A stretch of 64,000 bases of DNA, taken from a virus. Lineage: Duplodnaviria; Caudoviricetes. Shown here piece after piece: positions 29,467-39,050 of the stretch. The first letter of the stretch is position 1. Each line of letters opens with the position of its first letter. Both the position numbers and the translations under genes were made by a program. The stretch lies in IMG/VR virus record IMGVR_UViG_3300032226_000829; one strand, written 5' to 3'. The notes below the pieces were generated by a model. That model ran no database searches and was not told the DNA's origin. It saw only the letters and a program-made list of their open reading frames with translations.

Positions 29467-30924
29467 ATGAGCGCTTGTAAAATTATTATTCAGGATGAAG
29501 TCAATGTGAAGATTGATGGATTGGATGTGGATATACGCAGAAAAATAGCCAACAAATTAAAGTGGGCTGTGCCATATGCTAGATATCTTCCACAATACAA
29601 ACTGGGCAGATGGGATGGCAAAGTGGGATTCTTTGGATTAGGTGGCAATGGCTATGTGAATCATTTGGACATCATCATTCAACTGTTGAATGACTATGGC
29701 ATAGAGATCACAGAGGTTGTTGACAATCGTCACAAAGTGGATCTTAAATTCAACAAAATAGACAAAAACTTTTTTGCTGATAAAACTTGGCCCAAAGGAC
29801 ACATTATGGAAGGACAGCCAATAGAGTTGAGAGATTATCAAGTGGACGTGGTGAATAACTTTTTAGAAAATCCTCAGAGCCTACAAGAAGTGGCCACTGG
29901 AGCAGGTAAAACAATTATCACTGCATGTCTCAGCAAGTTGTGTGAACCGTTTGGCAGAACCATTGTGGTGGTGCCCAACAAGAGTTTGGTCACACAGACC
30001 GAAGAGGATTATATCAATTGTGGATTGGATGTGGGAGTATATTTTGGAGATAGAAAAGAATTGAAACATATTCATACCATTTGCACATGGCAATCATTGA
30101 ACGTGCTGGACAAGAAGACCAAAGACGGTGATGCTGTGTTAACATTGGCTGAATTTTTAGAAGGAGTAAACACCATTATTATAGACGAAGTGCATCAAGC
30201 CAAAGCAGAAGTATTAAAAAAACTACTCACGCACAATTTAAGAAATGCTGCCATACGTTGGGGACTCACAGGTACCATTCCCAAAGAACAATTTGAATTT
30301 CAAGCCATACTGGCCAGCATTGGTCCTGTGATCAATCAGATATCTGCCAAAGAATTACAAGACAAAGGAGTGCTGTCACAGTGTCATGTGAACGTGGTAC
30401 AACTGGTGGACACAGTGGTGCATAGAAACTATCAAGAAGAATTGAAATATCTAATGACTCATGAACCACGCATGAAATTTTTATCCAAAATGCTGAACAG
30501 AATCAAAGACTCAGGCAATACATTAATATTGGTGGATAGATTGGCAGCAGGCGAACTGTTGCAAAAATTAATTCCAGATTCTGTGTTTATTCAAGGAGAA
30601 ATGAAGTTGGCTGAGCGTAAAGAAGAATATGACCAAATATCCAATTCAACCAATAAGGTATTAATTGCCACCTATGGTGTGGCTTCTGTGGGTATTAATA
30701 TTCCCAGAATTTTTAATCTAGTTTTAATTGAACCTGGCAAGAGCTTTGTGAGAGTGATACAGAGTATTGGCAGAGGCATAAGAAAGGCGCAAGACAAAGA
30801 CTTTGTACAGATTTGGGACATAACGTCCAGCTGTAAATTTGCCAAAAGGCACTTAACCCAAAGGAAAAAGTTTTACAAAGAAGCAAACTATCCTTTCACA
30901 ATGGAAAAAATGGAGTGGAATTAA
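29467..30924 (+). CDS. uvsW: SF2 DNA helicase UvsW
   Basis: LRDYQ, ATGAGKT, IIDEVH, GLTGT, ATYGVASVGINIP, QSIGRGIR. Confidence 0.93.
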   Translation: MSACKIIIQDEVNVKIDGLDVDIRRKIANKLKWAVPYARYLPQYKLGRWDGKVGFFGLGGNGYVNHLDIIIQLLNDYGIEITEVVDNRHKVDLKFNKIDKNFFADKTWPKGHIMEGQPIELRDYQVDVVNNFLENPQSLQEVATGAGKTIITACLSKLCEPFGRTIVVVPNKSLVTQTEEDYINCGLDVGVYFGDRKELKHIHTICTWQSLNVLDKKTKDGDAVLTLAEFLEGVNTIIIDEVHQAKAEVLKKLLTHNLRNAAIRWGLTGTIPKEQFEFQAILASIGPVINQISAKELQDKGVLSQCHVNVVQLVDTVVHRNYQEELKYLMTHEPRMKFLSKMLNRIKDSGNTLILVDRLAAGELLQKLIPDSVFIQGEMKLAERKEEYDQISNSTNKVLIATYGVASVGINIPRIFNLVLIEPGKSFVRVIQSIGRGIRKAQDKDFVQIWDITSSCKFAKRHLTQRKKFYKEANYPFTMEKMEWN

Positions 30925-30928
30925 AATT

Positions 30929-31435
30929 ATGAGAATATTAACAGTGGACAACAATACTTTTTTACTGTCCAAAATGCCTGAGCAGATCACTGAAGATATC
31001 AGTTTTAGTGTGTTGGACAACAGCAATCCCAAAGACCCGGATTTCTTTTTTATGCCTTTGATTTTTATTGAAAGTTTTTCAAGCCCAGCAATAGTGCTGG
31101 AGATTGGAGGTCAAGAACTCAGTATGCCTTTGGACTGGAGTGTGGCCGTGGGAGATCCTGAGAGTGGTTTTGATTTACAAATAATACCATTGACCAGTTT
31201 GAGTGACAGAGGATTCGAAGCATTCAGCCTTAATCCATTATCGGGATTCAGACCAGAATTTGTGCCCATCAAGGTGATTAATTTTTACAATGATGTCAAA
31301 TGGTACTTCCCTAAAGTCAAAAACAATCAATTAATCACCACACCGTTGACTGATGTAGTTAAACCAAAATGTGTATTTTTTATCAAGGACGTGAGTAGAC
31401 AGTGTGAAAGCATTGACCATTCATTGCTGTATTAA
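30929..31435 (+). CDS. Hypothetical protein (beta-rich)
   Basis: 168-aa ORF directly after uvsW. Confidence 0.7.
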   Translation: MRILTVDNNTFLLSKMPEQITEDISFSVLDNSNPKDPDFFFMPLIFIESFSSPAIVLEIGGQELSMPLDWSVAVGDPESGFDLQIIPLTSLSDRGFEAFSLNPLSGFRPEFVPIKVINFYNDVKWYFPKVKNNQLITTPLTDVVKPKCVFFIKDVSRQCESIDHSLLY

Positions 31436-31575
31436 TGACCAAAAAAAGAAAACCCCAAGAACAGGATCCAAACACAGATCTGTTTACAAATGAAGACCAC
31501 AGTGAAGAAGATTTATCTTGGATGATCGAAGACCCTGATACTGAAAAAAAAAATAAAAATGGAAAAGAAATTTAA
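31435..31575 (+). CDS. Small hypothetical protein (46 aa)
   Basis: TAATG overlap with the previous stop; translated by hand MTKKRKPQEQDP...GKEI. Confidence 0.4.
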   Translation: MTKKRKPQEQDPNTDLFTNEDHSEEDLSWMIEDPDTEKKNKNGKEI

Positions 31576-31831
31576 ATACAAAGCAGGAGTAATTTATTCA
31601 CACGAATCTCCGGATGGGGGTCGAACTGTTTACGCAGTAGAAACCGGAACCAAAAATAAAAAAAGAGAATTGGTTTATAGAGATGAAGAATCTTTGATTG
31701 AAGAAGAAAGCCAAATTAGAAACCAATATGTTACACCCGAAGCAATTAGACTGTGTAATCAAAACAAAGGATTGCAAAAAGCCTGGGAAAAGTATATAGT
31801 ACTATTGAGATTATCAGGATTCAATGACTAA
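31559..31831 (+). CDS. Hypothetical protein
   Basis: IYSHESPDGGRTVYA; C-term GLQKAWEKYIVLLRL. Confidence 0.65.
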   Translation: MEKKFKYKAGVIYSHESPDGGRTVYAVETGTKNKKRELVYRDEESLIEEESQIRNQYVTPEAIRLCNQNKGLQKAWEKYIVLLRLSGFND

Positions 31832-32294
31832 CAAATTACCATTAAAAGACATACTGGCAGCCATAGACATGAACGCTAAAAACGTTTGGGATGAGCTGCC
31901 TGATGATGAACAGAAACAGGTGAGTTTCTTTTTGTTGAACAGATATGCCAGTGCTGTGAAAGGCAATAACACACAAAAAGAATTGGCCATATTCAAAACC
32001 AATGAATATTACAACAAAAACTTTTTTACAATACAAAAACACAAAAAGTTGCTGTGGTTTTTGCTGTGCATGACTGCCAATGATAAAAAAGAAATTAGAT
32101 ATCACGAATGGATAGGATACAAGCTCAAAGATGCTGGTTCTCAAAATAAAGCAATAAAATTTTTAAAAACTTTATATCCCAATATGAAAGAAGATGAGAT
32201 TGAATTGCTTGCCAAAATTAACAGTAAAGAAGAATTGAAAGAACTGGCAGAAGCACATGGCATGGACAAAGCAGAAACTAAAAAGGTATTATGA
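31824..32294 (+). CDS. Clamp loader small subunit-like (T4 gp62-like)
   Basis: LKDILAAID..., FFLLNRYAS, HKKLLWFLL, YHEWI pattern; replication context. Confidence 0.55.
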   Translation: MTNKLPLKDILAAIDMNAKNVWDELPDDEQKQVSFFLLNRYASAVKGNNTQKELAIFKTNEYYNKNFFTIQKHKKLLWFLLCMTANDKKEIRYHEWIGYKLKDAGSQNKAIKFLKTLYPNMKEDEIELLAKINSKEELKELAEAHGMDKAETKKVL

Positions 32295-32974
32295 GCGATC
32301 GACCATACACTTGTCAATACTGTAATACCAGCTATACCAAAGAAAAAACATTGGCTGTGCATCTGTGCGAACAGAAACGAAGATATTTACAAAAAGATGA
32401 ACGCAGAGTACAGTTGGGGTACATGACATTTGTGAGATTTTATCAAATATCTCAAAAGTTGGATGGCACAAAAACATATGAAGAGTTTTGTAAATCGCCC
32501 TACTATAATGCATTTGTTAAATTTGGATCATTCGTGTCCAATGTGAAACCCATGTATCCAGAAAATTATATTGATTATGTGATAAAGAGTGGAGTCAAAT
32601 TGGATCATTGGTGCCGAGAAGAACTGTATGAAAAATATGTGTTGGAATTAATATTGAAAGAATCCATGGAACCTGCTGTGGAAAGAACCATTAAAAACAT
32701 GATGGATTGGGCAGACAACCACAATGCAGATTGGAAAGATTATTTTAGATATGTGAGTTTGCCTAGAGCAGTGTATGATATCAAGGATGGCAAAATTTCC
32801 CCTTGGTTGATATTAAACAGTACCACTGGCAAGGACATGATGAGCAAACTCAACAATGAACAATTGACCATACTGTATCATGTGTTGAATCCTGAGCACT
32901 GGTCTCTTAAATTTAAAAGAAACCCAGCAGATGTGGAAATGATCAAAGAAATAATCAAAGAGGCCAAACTGTAA
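32291..32974 (+). CDS. Zinc-finger protein (C2HC variant of C2H2)
   Basis: YTCQYCNTSYTKEKTLAVHLC. Confidence 0.7.
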   Translation: MSDRPYTCQYCNTSYTKEKTLAVHLCEQKRRYLQKDERRVQLGYMTFVRFYQISQKLDGTKTYEEFCKSPYYNAFVKFGSFVSNVKPMYPENYIDYVIKSGVKLDHWCREELYEKYVLELILKESMEPAVERTIKNMMDWADNHNADWKDYFRYVSLPRAVYDIKDGKISPWLILNSTTGKDMMSKLNNEQLTILYHVLNPEHWSLKFKRNPADVEMIKEIIKEAKL

Positions 32975-33139
32975 ATGAAATCAAAAAAGTTTTGTCATGT
33001 GTGTAAAAAGATTACTCCACACGAGCCAGATGCCAGCACAGCTATCACTTATTATGGAAAAAAACCTAATATTCCTTGGCAATGTGTTATTTGTTATCCT
33101 ACCTCTCTTGACAAACTGTACCCTAAGGAGTTAAAATAA
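32975..33139 (+). CDS. Small zinc-ribbon protein (54 aa)
   Basis: Translated by hand: FCHVCKKITPH...WQCVIC. Confidence 0.6.
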   Translation: MKSKKFCHVCKKITPHEPDASTAITYYGKKPNIPWQCVICYPTSLDKLYPKELK

Positions 33140-33142
33140 ACT

Positions 33143-33709
33143 ATGCCCGATATTGATATAGATTTTGCTGATAGAACTGTAGTGTTAGAAAAATTCAAAC
33201 ACATAGTTGCTAAATTAGAAACTGGAAAGAAACATAATACTGGAATTTATTTCACAGAGATCCCTCACAATCCTGTGGATAATTTATCTACATTAAATTA
33301 CGATGAAGCTGAAAACAGAGGATATTTCAAAATAGATTTTTTAAATGTAAGCATTTACAAAAATATAAAAAGTGAACAACACTTGAAACAATTGATGACC
33401 AAAGAACCCATGTGGGAATTACTACAGGAAAAAGACTTTGTGGATCAACTATTTCATGTGAATGGACATGTGGAAATTTTACAGAAATTGAAACCCAACA
33501 ATATAGAACAGTTGGCAGCAGTGCTGGCTATCATCAGACCAGCCAAAAGATATTTGTTAAATAATGATTGGAAAGAAATCATGCAACAGGTGTGGATCAA
33601 ACCCACTGATGATTCTTATTACTTTAAGAAATCCCATGCCACTTCTTATGCTGCGGCTGTGGTGGTGCACATGAATTTAATCTGTGAAGAATTAAACAAT
33701 GAAATATAA
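33143..33709 (+). CDS. Miniature DnaE (Pol III alpha) catalytic-core protein
   Basis: MPDIDIDF, KHNTGIYF, GYFKIDFLN, AIIRPAK, YYFKKSHATSYA; promoter TTGACA-N18-TAAAAT at 33108-33137. Confidence 0.8.
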   Translation: MPDIDIDFADRTVVLEKFKHIVAKLETGKKHNTGIYFTEIPHNPVDNLSTLNYDEAENRGYFKIDFLNVSIYKNIKSEQHLKQLMTKEPMWELLQEKDFVDQLFHVNGHVEILQKLKPNNIEQLAAVLAIIRPAKRYLLNNDWKEIMQQVWIKPTDDSYYFKKSHATSYAAAVVVHMNLICEELNNEI

Positions 33710-33911
33710 AAATCCAATTAAACAAACTGATCATGTCAAAAGAGAAAACATTACGCAGGTGGTAGAAAAAGTCTTCACTAGAGAAGTAAAGTGTTTTGGT
33801 AATGATGAGTGGGGAGGACACCCCACAGTGTTCTATAACATAGATGAAACCAATGAAGTGTTTTGTGGTTACTGCGACAAAAAGTTTATATATGTGGGCG
33901 AAGATGCGTAA
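33699..33911 (+). CDS. zf-CHCC zinc-finger protein
   Basis: VKCFG...GHPTVFY...VFCGYCDKKF. Confidence 0.8.
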   Translation: MKYKNPIKQTDHVKRENITQVVEKVFTREVKCFGNDEWGGHPTVFYNIDETNEVFCGYCDKKFIYVGEDA

Positions 33912-34176
33912 ACTGATAGATGGAACTGAAGCAGCTGAGTTGGAACAATCAATAGTTTTAGAAATTAAAACCAAATGCCCCAACAAATATCTGTTAATAG
34001 ATTTAGAAACCAACGAAACCTATCAAGGTACCAGCAATAACAAATCTGGCGAGCATTGGTCCAAAATAGAGAATTCTTTCATAAATGAATTTAAAAAATT
34101 AAATCCAAACCCTGCCGCAACAGCAGTTAATGTTCAAGAAATTTTGGATGCTGTGGACGAATTATTAAAACTTTAA
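33904..34176 (+). CDS. Hypothetical protein
   Basis: Start MRKLIDG; TKCPNKYLLIDLET. Confidence 0.65.
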   Translation: MRKLIDGTEAAELEQSIVLEIKTKCPNKYLLIDLETNETYQGTSNNKSGEHWSKIENSFINEFKKLNPNPAATAVNVQEILDAVDELLKL

Positions 34177-34544
34177 TTTTTGGGTCTTCTTACCAATTGA
34201 ACTGATTTACGTTTGGTTCTTTTCACTGCTAAATTGTAAAGATTTACTGTGGGACCAATCACTATTCGTACATCTTTGGTATTCATTATCATCAGAATAC
34301 TTTTAAAGAATTCAATTTCTTTGCGTAAAAATATGCCTATGGGAATCATTCTATTGCTCTCCCACCACCAAGATTCGCACAGTTCGATGAATTCTTTCTT
34401 CTCTTCTTCGGTGTGTATTTGAGTGTACACGTACATGCTGGTGATATTGTGGTCTTGATTGTTGATTACACCCACATATTCTTTTTCGCCGTAATTAACG
34501 ACACTGATGAATGGGAAGTTTTCTTCTATATTTTTACGCAACAT
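34173..34544 (-). CDS. Hypothetical protein
   Basis: 123 aa, WWWESNRMIPI motif. Confidence 0.7.
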   Translation of the reverse strand: MLRKNIEENFPFISVVNYGEKEYVGVINNQDHNITSMYVYTQIHTEEEKKEFIELCESWWWESNRMIPIGIFLRKEIEFFKSILMIMNTKDVRIVIGPTVNLYNLAVKRTKRKSVQLVRRPKN

Positions 34545-34582
34545 TTTTCTATAAATACACTATAAATTACAACTATACAACT

Positions 34583-35380
34583 ATGCAACTAATTTACCGA
34601 TATTTAGTAAATAACAAAGTACTTCTGACAGCGGATCTGGCAGGAGAAATAACGGAGTATAAATCAGTGTATCAAAGAAACATTAAAATTTACAGAGGAA
34701 TAGACAACTTAATCACCTTTCAGATCAACAATGCTGATCAGAAACCCATTTCTATTGACACAGAATACACTCCCACTTTCTACATGTATGATGAAAACAA
34801 TACATTAGTGGTTACTAAGCAAGGCACCATCATTGAAACTCAGGACAGTTCAGTGTACACCAACAAAGGGCAGTTCACAGTGACCATTTCTGAGAATGAT
34901 CTGTTGGATTTAAAAGCTCAGTATCTCAGCTACACAGTGTGGATGACCAACAACACAGATCAATCAAAATCATTAACTTATGCCAATTCTCACTTTGAAA
35001 ACAAAGGCATCATATATTTGGATCACACAGCATTTCCAGGACCAATGAATTCTTATTCGGTGACCACATTTGCTGAAACAGGTATTGGCACAGATATTTT
35101 TATTTCAGAAACCATCAGTGGTCAGCCATCCATCAATGGTAACTCTGCACTGCACACAGCAGCCATTTATAACACAGATGCCACTGCCACAGTGACCATT
35201 CAAGGCACTTTGGACAATCAAGTATCCAACAGCACCAGTTGGGCAGATATCACTGCTATCAGTCTCACTGATTCTGACACAATCAAATATGCCAATTTCA
35301 ATGGTGTGTTCAATCATATCAGATTCAAATACCAATTGACCAATTCTGGTTCCCTAAACAAAATATTAGTGCGTAACTAA
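34583..35380 (+). CDS. Probable virion structural protein (Ig/BppU-like)
   Basis: Thr/Ser/Asn-rich beta protein; IYRGIDNLITFQINNADQKP; TATAAATA at 34550-34557. Confidence 0.55.
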   Translation: MQLIYRYLVNNKVLLTADLAGEITEYKSVYQRNIKIYRGIDNLITFQINNADQKPISIDTEYTPTFYMYDENNTLVVTKQGTIIETQDSSVYTNKGQFTVTISENDLLDLKAQYLSYTVWMTNNTDQSKSLTYANSHFENKGIIYLDHTAFPGPMNSYSVTTFAETGIGTDIFISETISGQPSINGNSALHTAAIYNTDATATVTIQGTLDNQVSNSTSWADITAISLTDSDTIKYANFNGVFNHIRFKYQLTNSGSLNKILVRN

Positions 35381-35409
35381 TTGACTTTTACCAATCCATA
35401 AGTTATAAT
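35381..35409 (+). promoter_or_regulatory. Sigma70-type promoter of primase
   Basis: TTGACT-N17-TATAAT; ATG 6 nt downstream. Confidence 0.8.
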
Positions 35410-35415
35410 AGCACA

Positions 35416-36420
35416 ATGAGTATTGTGTTCGATACAGTTGTTCAATATCTTCCCAGCAAGAGGAAACAGACTCCCAGTGGATGGTTGAGTTTCAATGCGC
35501 CTTGTTGCCACCATAATGGCACCACTGCTGACTCAAGGAGCAGAGCAGGGTTGATTCAAAATGCTGATCAGGGATTGAGCTATCACTGTTTCAATTGTGG
35601 TTACAAAGCCAGTTGGGTATCAGGAAGAAATTTAACTTTCAAATTAAAACGTCTCATGCAGTGGTTGAACGTGCCCGATGATGTGATTACAAAATTGGCA
35701 TTGAACGTGCTGCAACAAACAGATGAAAAAAGTATTCACAGAAATCTTGCTCAATTTCCTAAATTTAAAACAGTAGAACTACCGAAACAAGCCAAAACAA
35801 TTTATGAATGGCACAAAGAATTTTTGCAACAAAACAAAGAACCCAATTCAAATTACATCAAAGTCTTAGAATACATCAACGGTAGAAATCTAAACATCAA
35901 TGATTATGATTTTTATTGGTCGCCAGAAATGGGTTACAGAGATCGAATGATTGTGCCTTTTTATTATCAAGATAAGATCGTGGGTTGGACTGCTAGAAAG
36001 ATTGTGGATGACAAAGTAAAATATCTATCTGAACAGCAACCAGGATATGTGTTCAATCTGGATGCACAGGATGATGATAGATTATTTGTGATAGCAGTGG
36101 AAGGTCCTATTGATGCAATACTGTTGGATGGTGTGGCGTTCTTGGGCAGCGAAGTAAAACAACAACAGAGCATGTTGATTAAGAGTTTAAACAAAAAAAT
36201 TATTGTGGTTCCAGATAGAGATTCAGCAGGTGAAAAGTTAATACATGATGCTATGGAATTTGGTTGGAGTGTGAGCATGCCTGAATGGGATCACGATGTG
36301 AAGGATATCAATGATGCTGTTATTAAATATGGTAGACTGCACACTTTGTATTCAATAGTGAAGCATGCTGAAAATCAGCAATTAAAAATAAAACTGAGGA
36401 TGAAAAAATGGCTGTCATAA
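35416..36420 (+). CDS. DNA primase (zinc finger + TOPRIM)
   Basis: NAPCC...YHCFNCG, VEGPIDA, PDRDSAG, KDINDA. Confidence 0.9.
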   Translation: MSIVFDTVVQYLPSKRKQTPSGWLSFNAPCCHHNGTTADSRSRAGLIQNADQGLSYHCFNCGYKASWVSGRNLTFKLKRLMQWLNVPDDVITKLALNVLQQTDEKSIHRNLAQFPKFKTVELPKQAKTIYEWHKEFLQQNKEPNSNYIKVLEYINGRNLNINDYDFYWSPEMGYRDRMIVPFYYQDKIVGWTARKIVDDKVKYLSEQQPGYVFNLDAQDDDRLFVIAVEGPIDAILLDGVAFLGSEVKQQQSMLIKSLNKKIIVVPDRDSAGEKLIHDAMEFGWSVSMPEWDHDVKDINDAVIKYGRLHTLYSIVKHAENQQLKIKLRMKKWLS

Positions 36421-36530
36421 AAACAGTGTTAAGATTTATATTTGCTCCTGTGATCAAATATTACCAATACAGACAATACAAAAAGAAAGTGAAAGAATTA
36501 CAAAAAAGAGATCCTTTCATCTACAGATAA
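36408..36530 (+). CDS. Small basic hypothetical protein (40 aa)
   Basis: Translated by hand: MAVIK...KKKVKELQKRDPFIYR. Confidence 0.55.
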   Translation: MAVIKTVLRFIFAPVIKYYQYRQYKKKVKELQKRDPFIYR

Positions 36531-36531
36531 A

Positions 36532-37518
36532 ATGATAATTTGGGGAATTACTGCTAACAATCACGATGCCAGTATTGCCGTGTTTGAATACAAAATAGCA
36601 GGATTAACCAACAATAAAAAACTTAAATTGCTTTGGGCTGGTTTAACAAGAGATTTTTCCGATGTGCCCAATGATCCTGATCTTAATAGAAGAATTGTTG
36701 AACATCTAAAAGAAAAATATGGTTCTCCAAAAGAAATAATATTTTATGAAAAACCGTTTTTAAAAAGTTTAAGACAGTTGTGGGCTGGACAAGGATTTAA
36801 ATTTAGTGAAAACAATATTAAAAATTATTTAAAAAGATACGGATTAAATGTGCCTGTTAGATTTGTCAAACATCATGAAAGTCATGCTGCTTATGGATAT
36901 TACACCAGCACATTAAGAAATGCTGTGATTATTGTGTTAGACAGCATAGGAGAGTTTGAAACCATCAGTATTTGGTCTGGTTTGGGAAATAAAATTCAAA
37001 AAAGATATTCTCAATCATATCCGCACAGTGTGGGATTATTTTATAGTGCCATGACACAACGATGTGGATTCCAAGCCAATGCTGAAGAAAACAAATTAGA
37101 ACAGTTGTCCAAACAAGGTGATTGGAGAGTGTTGTACGATGTGTTTAATGAAGAACTAATCAAAGGTAAAATGCCATTTGAAACTCATATTAATCTACAT
37201 CGAGGCTGTCGTTGGTGGAGACCTGAATTAAATTCTGAAAAAGATTTGGCTAACATTGCTGCCACCACTCAAAAAATATTTGAAGAAGTTATTTTGGAAC
37301 ATTGCAGTTGGGCAAGAATGTTTGTTACAAGTAGAAATTTAATTTTGGTTGGTGGATGTGCTTTGAATAAAACTGCTTCTGATAAAGTCAAAAATTTATG
37401 GAATAATTTTTGGACTCCTAAAAATCCAGGTGACCCAGGATCATGTGTGGGTGCTGTTCTTGCCAAATACGAAAAACACATTGACTTTAATGAAAAATTA
37501 TGGTATAATAAAGGTTAG
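36532..37518 (+). CDS. Carbamoyltransferase N-terminal (NodU/CmcH/TobZ Kae1-like) domain only
   Basis: HDASIA, HHESHAAYGYYTS, VLDSIGE, YPHSVGLFYSA, GGCALN, PGDPGS. Confidence 0.8.
   Translation: MIIWGITANNHDASIAVFEYKIAGLTNNKKLKLLWAGLTRDFSDVPNDPDLNRRIVEHLKEKYGSPKEIIFYEKPFLKSLRQLWAGQGFKFSENNIKNYLKRYGLNVPVRFVKHHESHAAYGYYTSTLRNAVIIVLDSIGEFETISIWSGLGNKIQKRYSQSYPHSVGLFYSAMTQRCGFQANAEENKLEQLSKQGDWRVLYDVFNEELIKGKMPFETHINLHRGCRWWRPELNSEKDLANIAATTQKIFEEVILEHCSWARMFVTSRNLILVGGCALNKTASDKVKNLWNNFWTPKNPGDPGSCVGAVLAKYEKHIDFNEKLWYNKG
37481..37509 (+). promoter_or_regulatory. Sigma70-type promoter of helicase (within upstream CDS)
   Basis: TTGACT-N17-TATAAT. Confidence 0.7.
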
Positions 37519-37520
37519 AC

Positions 37521-38969
37521 ATGTCCGATAATATTAAACAAAACACTGACTATGGTTATGATATACAAAAAGTATATCTAGAAATGATGTTGAGTGATGC
37601 ACAAACATTTGTGCGTTGTCAAAACATATTTGATCATACTCTGTTTGATCGTAGACTTCAACCAGCGGCAGAATTCATTTACAATTATGTGAGCAAATAC
37701 AATGCGTTGCCCACAGAAGAAATGATCAATTCCAGTTGTAAAACTGAATTAAAAGTTCCCAGCAATCTTAATGAACAACACTTTGATTGGTTGTTGGATG
37801 ATTTTGAAACATTTATTAGACACAAAGGATTAGAACGTGCCATATTAAAATCAGCAGATATGTTGGAAAAAGGTGAATATGGTCCTGTGGAAGACTTGGT
37901 CAAGAAGGCTGTGCAGATTGGATTGAACAAAGACTTAGGAATCAACTATTGGGAGGATCCCAAAGGTAGATTAAAATCACTCAAAGACAACAACGGTCAA
38001 GTCAGCACTGGTTGGAAAACATTAGATAAAAAATTATTTGGTGGTTTCAACAGAGGTGAATTGAATATATTTGCTGGAGGATCAGGAGCAGGTAAATCTT
38101 TATTCTTGGCCAACTTAGGTTGTAATTGGGCATTGTCTGGATTGAATGTGCTGTATCTAACTTTTGAATTGGGAGAAGGATTGGTAGCAATGAGATTGGA
38201 CAGTATGATGACCAACATTCCTTCTAGAGAAATTTTCAAAGATTTAGATGGTGTGGAGATGAAAGTCAAGTTGTTGGGTAAAAAGTCTGGCAGTTTTCAG
38301 ATCAAATACATGTCCAGCGGTAAGAATGCCAACGATATTAGAAGTTATATTAAAGAATTTGAAATTAAAAACAATAAAAAATTTGATGTGATATTGGTGG
38401 ATTATTTGGATCTTATGATGCCAATCAGTAGAAAAGTTAGTCCTAGTGATTTGTTTGTTAAAGATAAATTTGTATCAGAAGAATTAAGAAATTTGTCCAT
38501 GGACTTACAAACTATATTTGTAACAGCTTCTCAATTGAACAGAGGTGCTGTGGAAGAGATTGAATTTGATCATTCACACATAGCTGGTGGATTATCCAAA
38601 ATACAAACAGCAGACAATGTGTTTGGTATATTCACATCCAGAGCAATGAGAGAACGTGGTAGATATCAAATACAATTGATGAAAACTAGATCATCCAGCG
38701 GTGTAGGTCAAAAGATTGATTTAGAATTTGATCTTGATTCTTTAAGAATCAGAGACTTGCCAGAAGACGAAGAATACAAAGAGTTTGACAGCAGAAAATC
38801 CAAAATATTTGACAGTTTAAAAAAGTCCAGCACAGTGTCAGATGATGTTCAGTCTGATTCAATGCCAGTGGATCCCACTCAAGGTGTTAATATTGTTAAA
38901 CCCAAAACAGAAACAGACTCTACCAAACTGCGACAATTTCTAAATAATTTAGGACAAGACAAAGAATAA
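37521..38969 (+). CDS. DnaB-like replicative helicase (T4 gp41-like)
   Basis: STGWKTLD, GGSGAGKS, VDYLDLM, TASQLNR, QLMKTR. Confidence 0.93.
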   Translation: MSDNIKQNTDYGYDIQKVYLEMMLSDAQTFVRCQNIFDHTLFDRRLQPAAEFIYNYVSKYNALPTEEMINSSCKTELKVPSNLNEQHFDWLLDDFETFIRHKGLERAILKSADMLEKGEYGPVEDLVKKAVQIGLNKDLGINYWEDPKGRLKSLKDNNGQVSTGWKTLDKKLFGGFNRGELNIFAGGSGAGKSLFLANLGCNWALSGLNVLYLTFELGEGLVAMRLDSMMTNIPSREIFKDLDGVEMKVKLLGKKSGSFQIKYMSSGKNANDIRSYIKEFEIKNNKKFDVILVDYLDLMMPISRKVSPSDLFVKDKFVSEELRNLSMDLQTIFVTASQLNRGAVEEIEFDHSHIAGGLSKIQTADNVFGIFTSRAMRERGRYQIQLMKTRSSSGVGQKIDLEFDLDSLRIRDLPEDEEYKEFDSRKSKIFDSLKKSSTVSDDVQSDSMPVDPTQGVNIVKPKTETDSTKLRQFLNNLGQDKE

Positions 38970-38972
38970 TAC

Positions 38973-38997
38973 CTGCACGGAAATCGACTCCGTGCAG
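38973..38997. terminator. Hairpin at convergent junction after helicase
   Basis: CTGCACGGA-aatcgac-TCCGTGCAG; no clear U tract. Confidence 0.55.
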
Positions 38998-39050
38998 ATA
39001 TTGATGGCTGACTTCAGAAAGAAGTATTCAGCTCTGTTTATTTTTAGATA

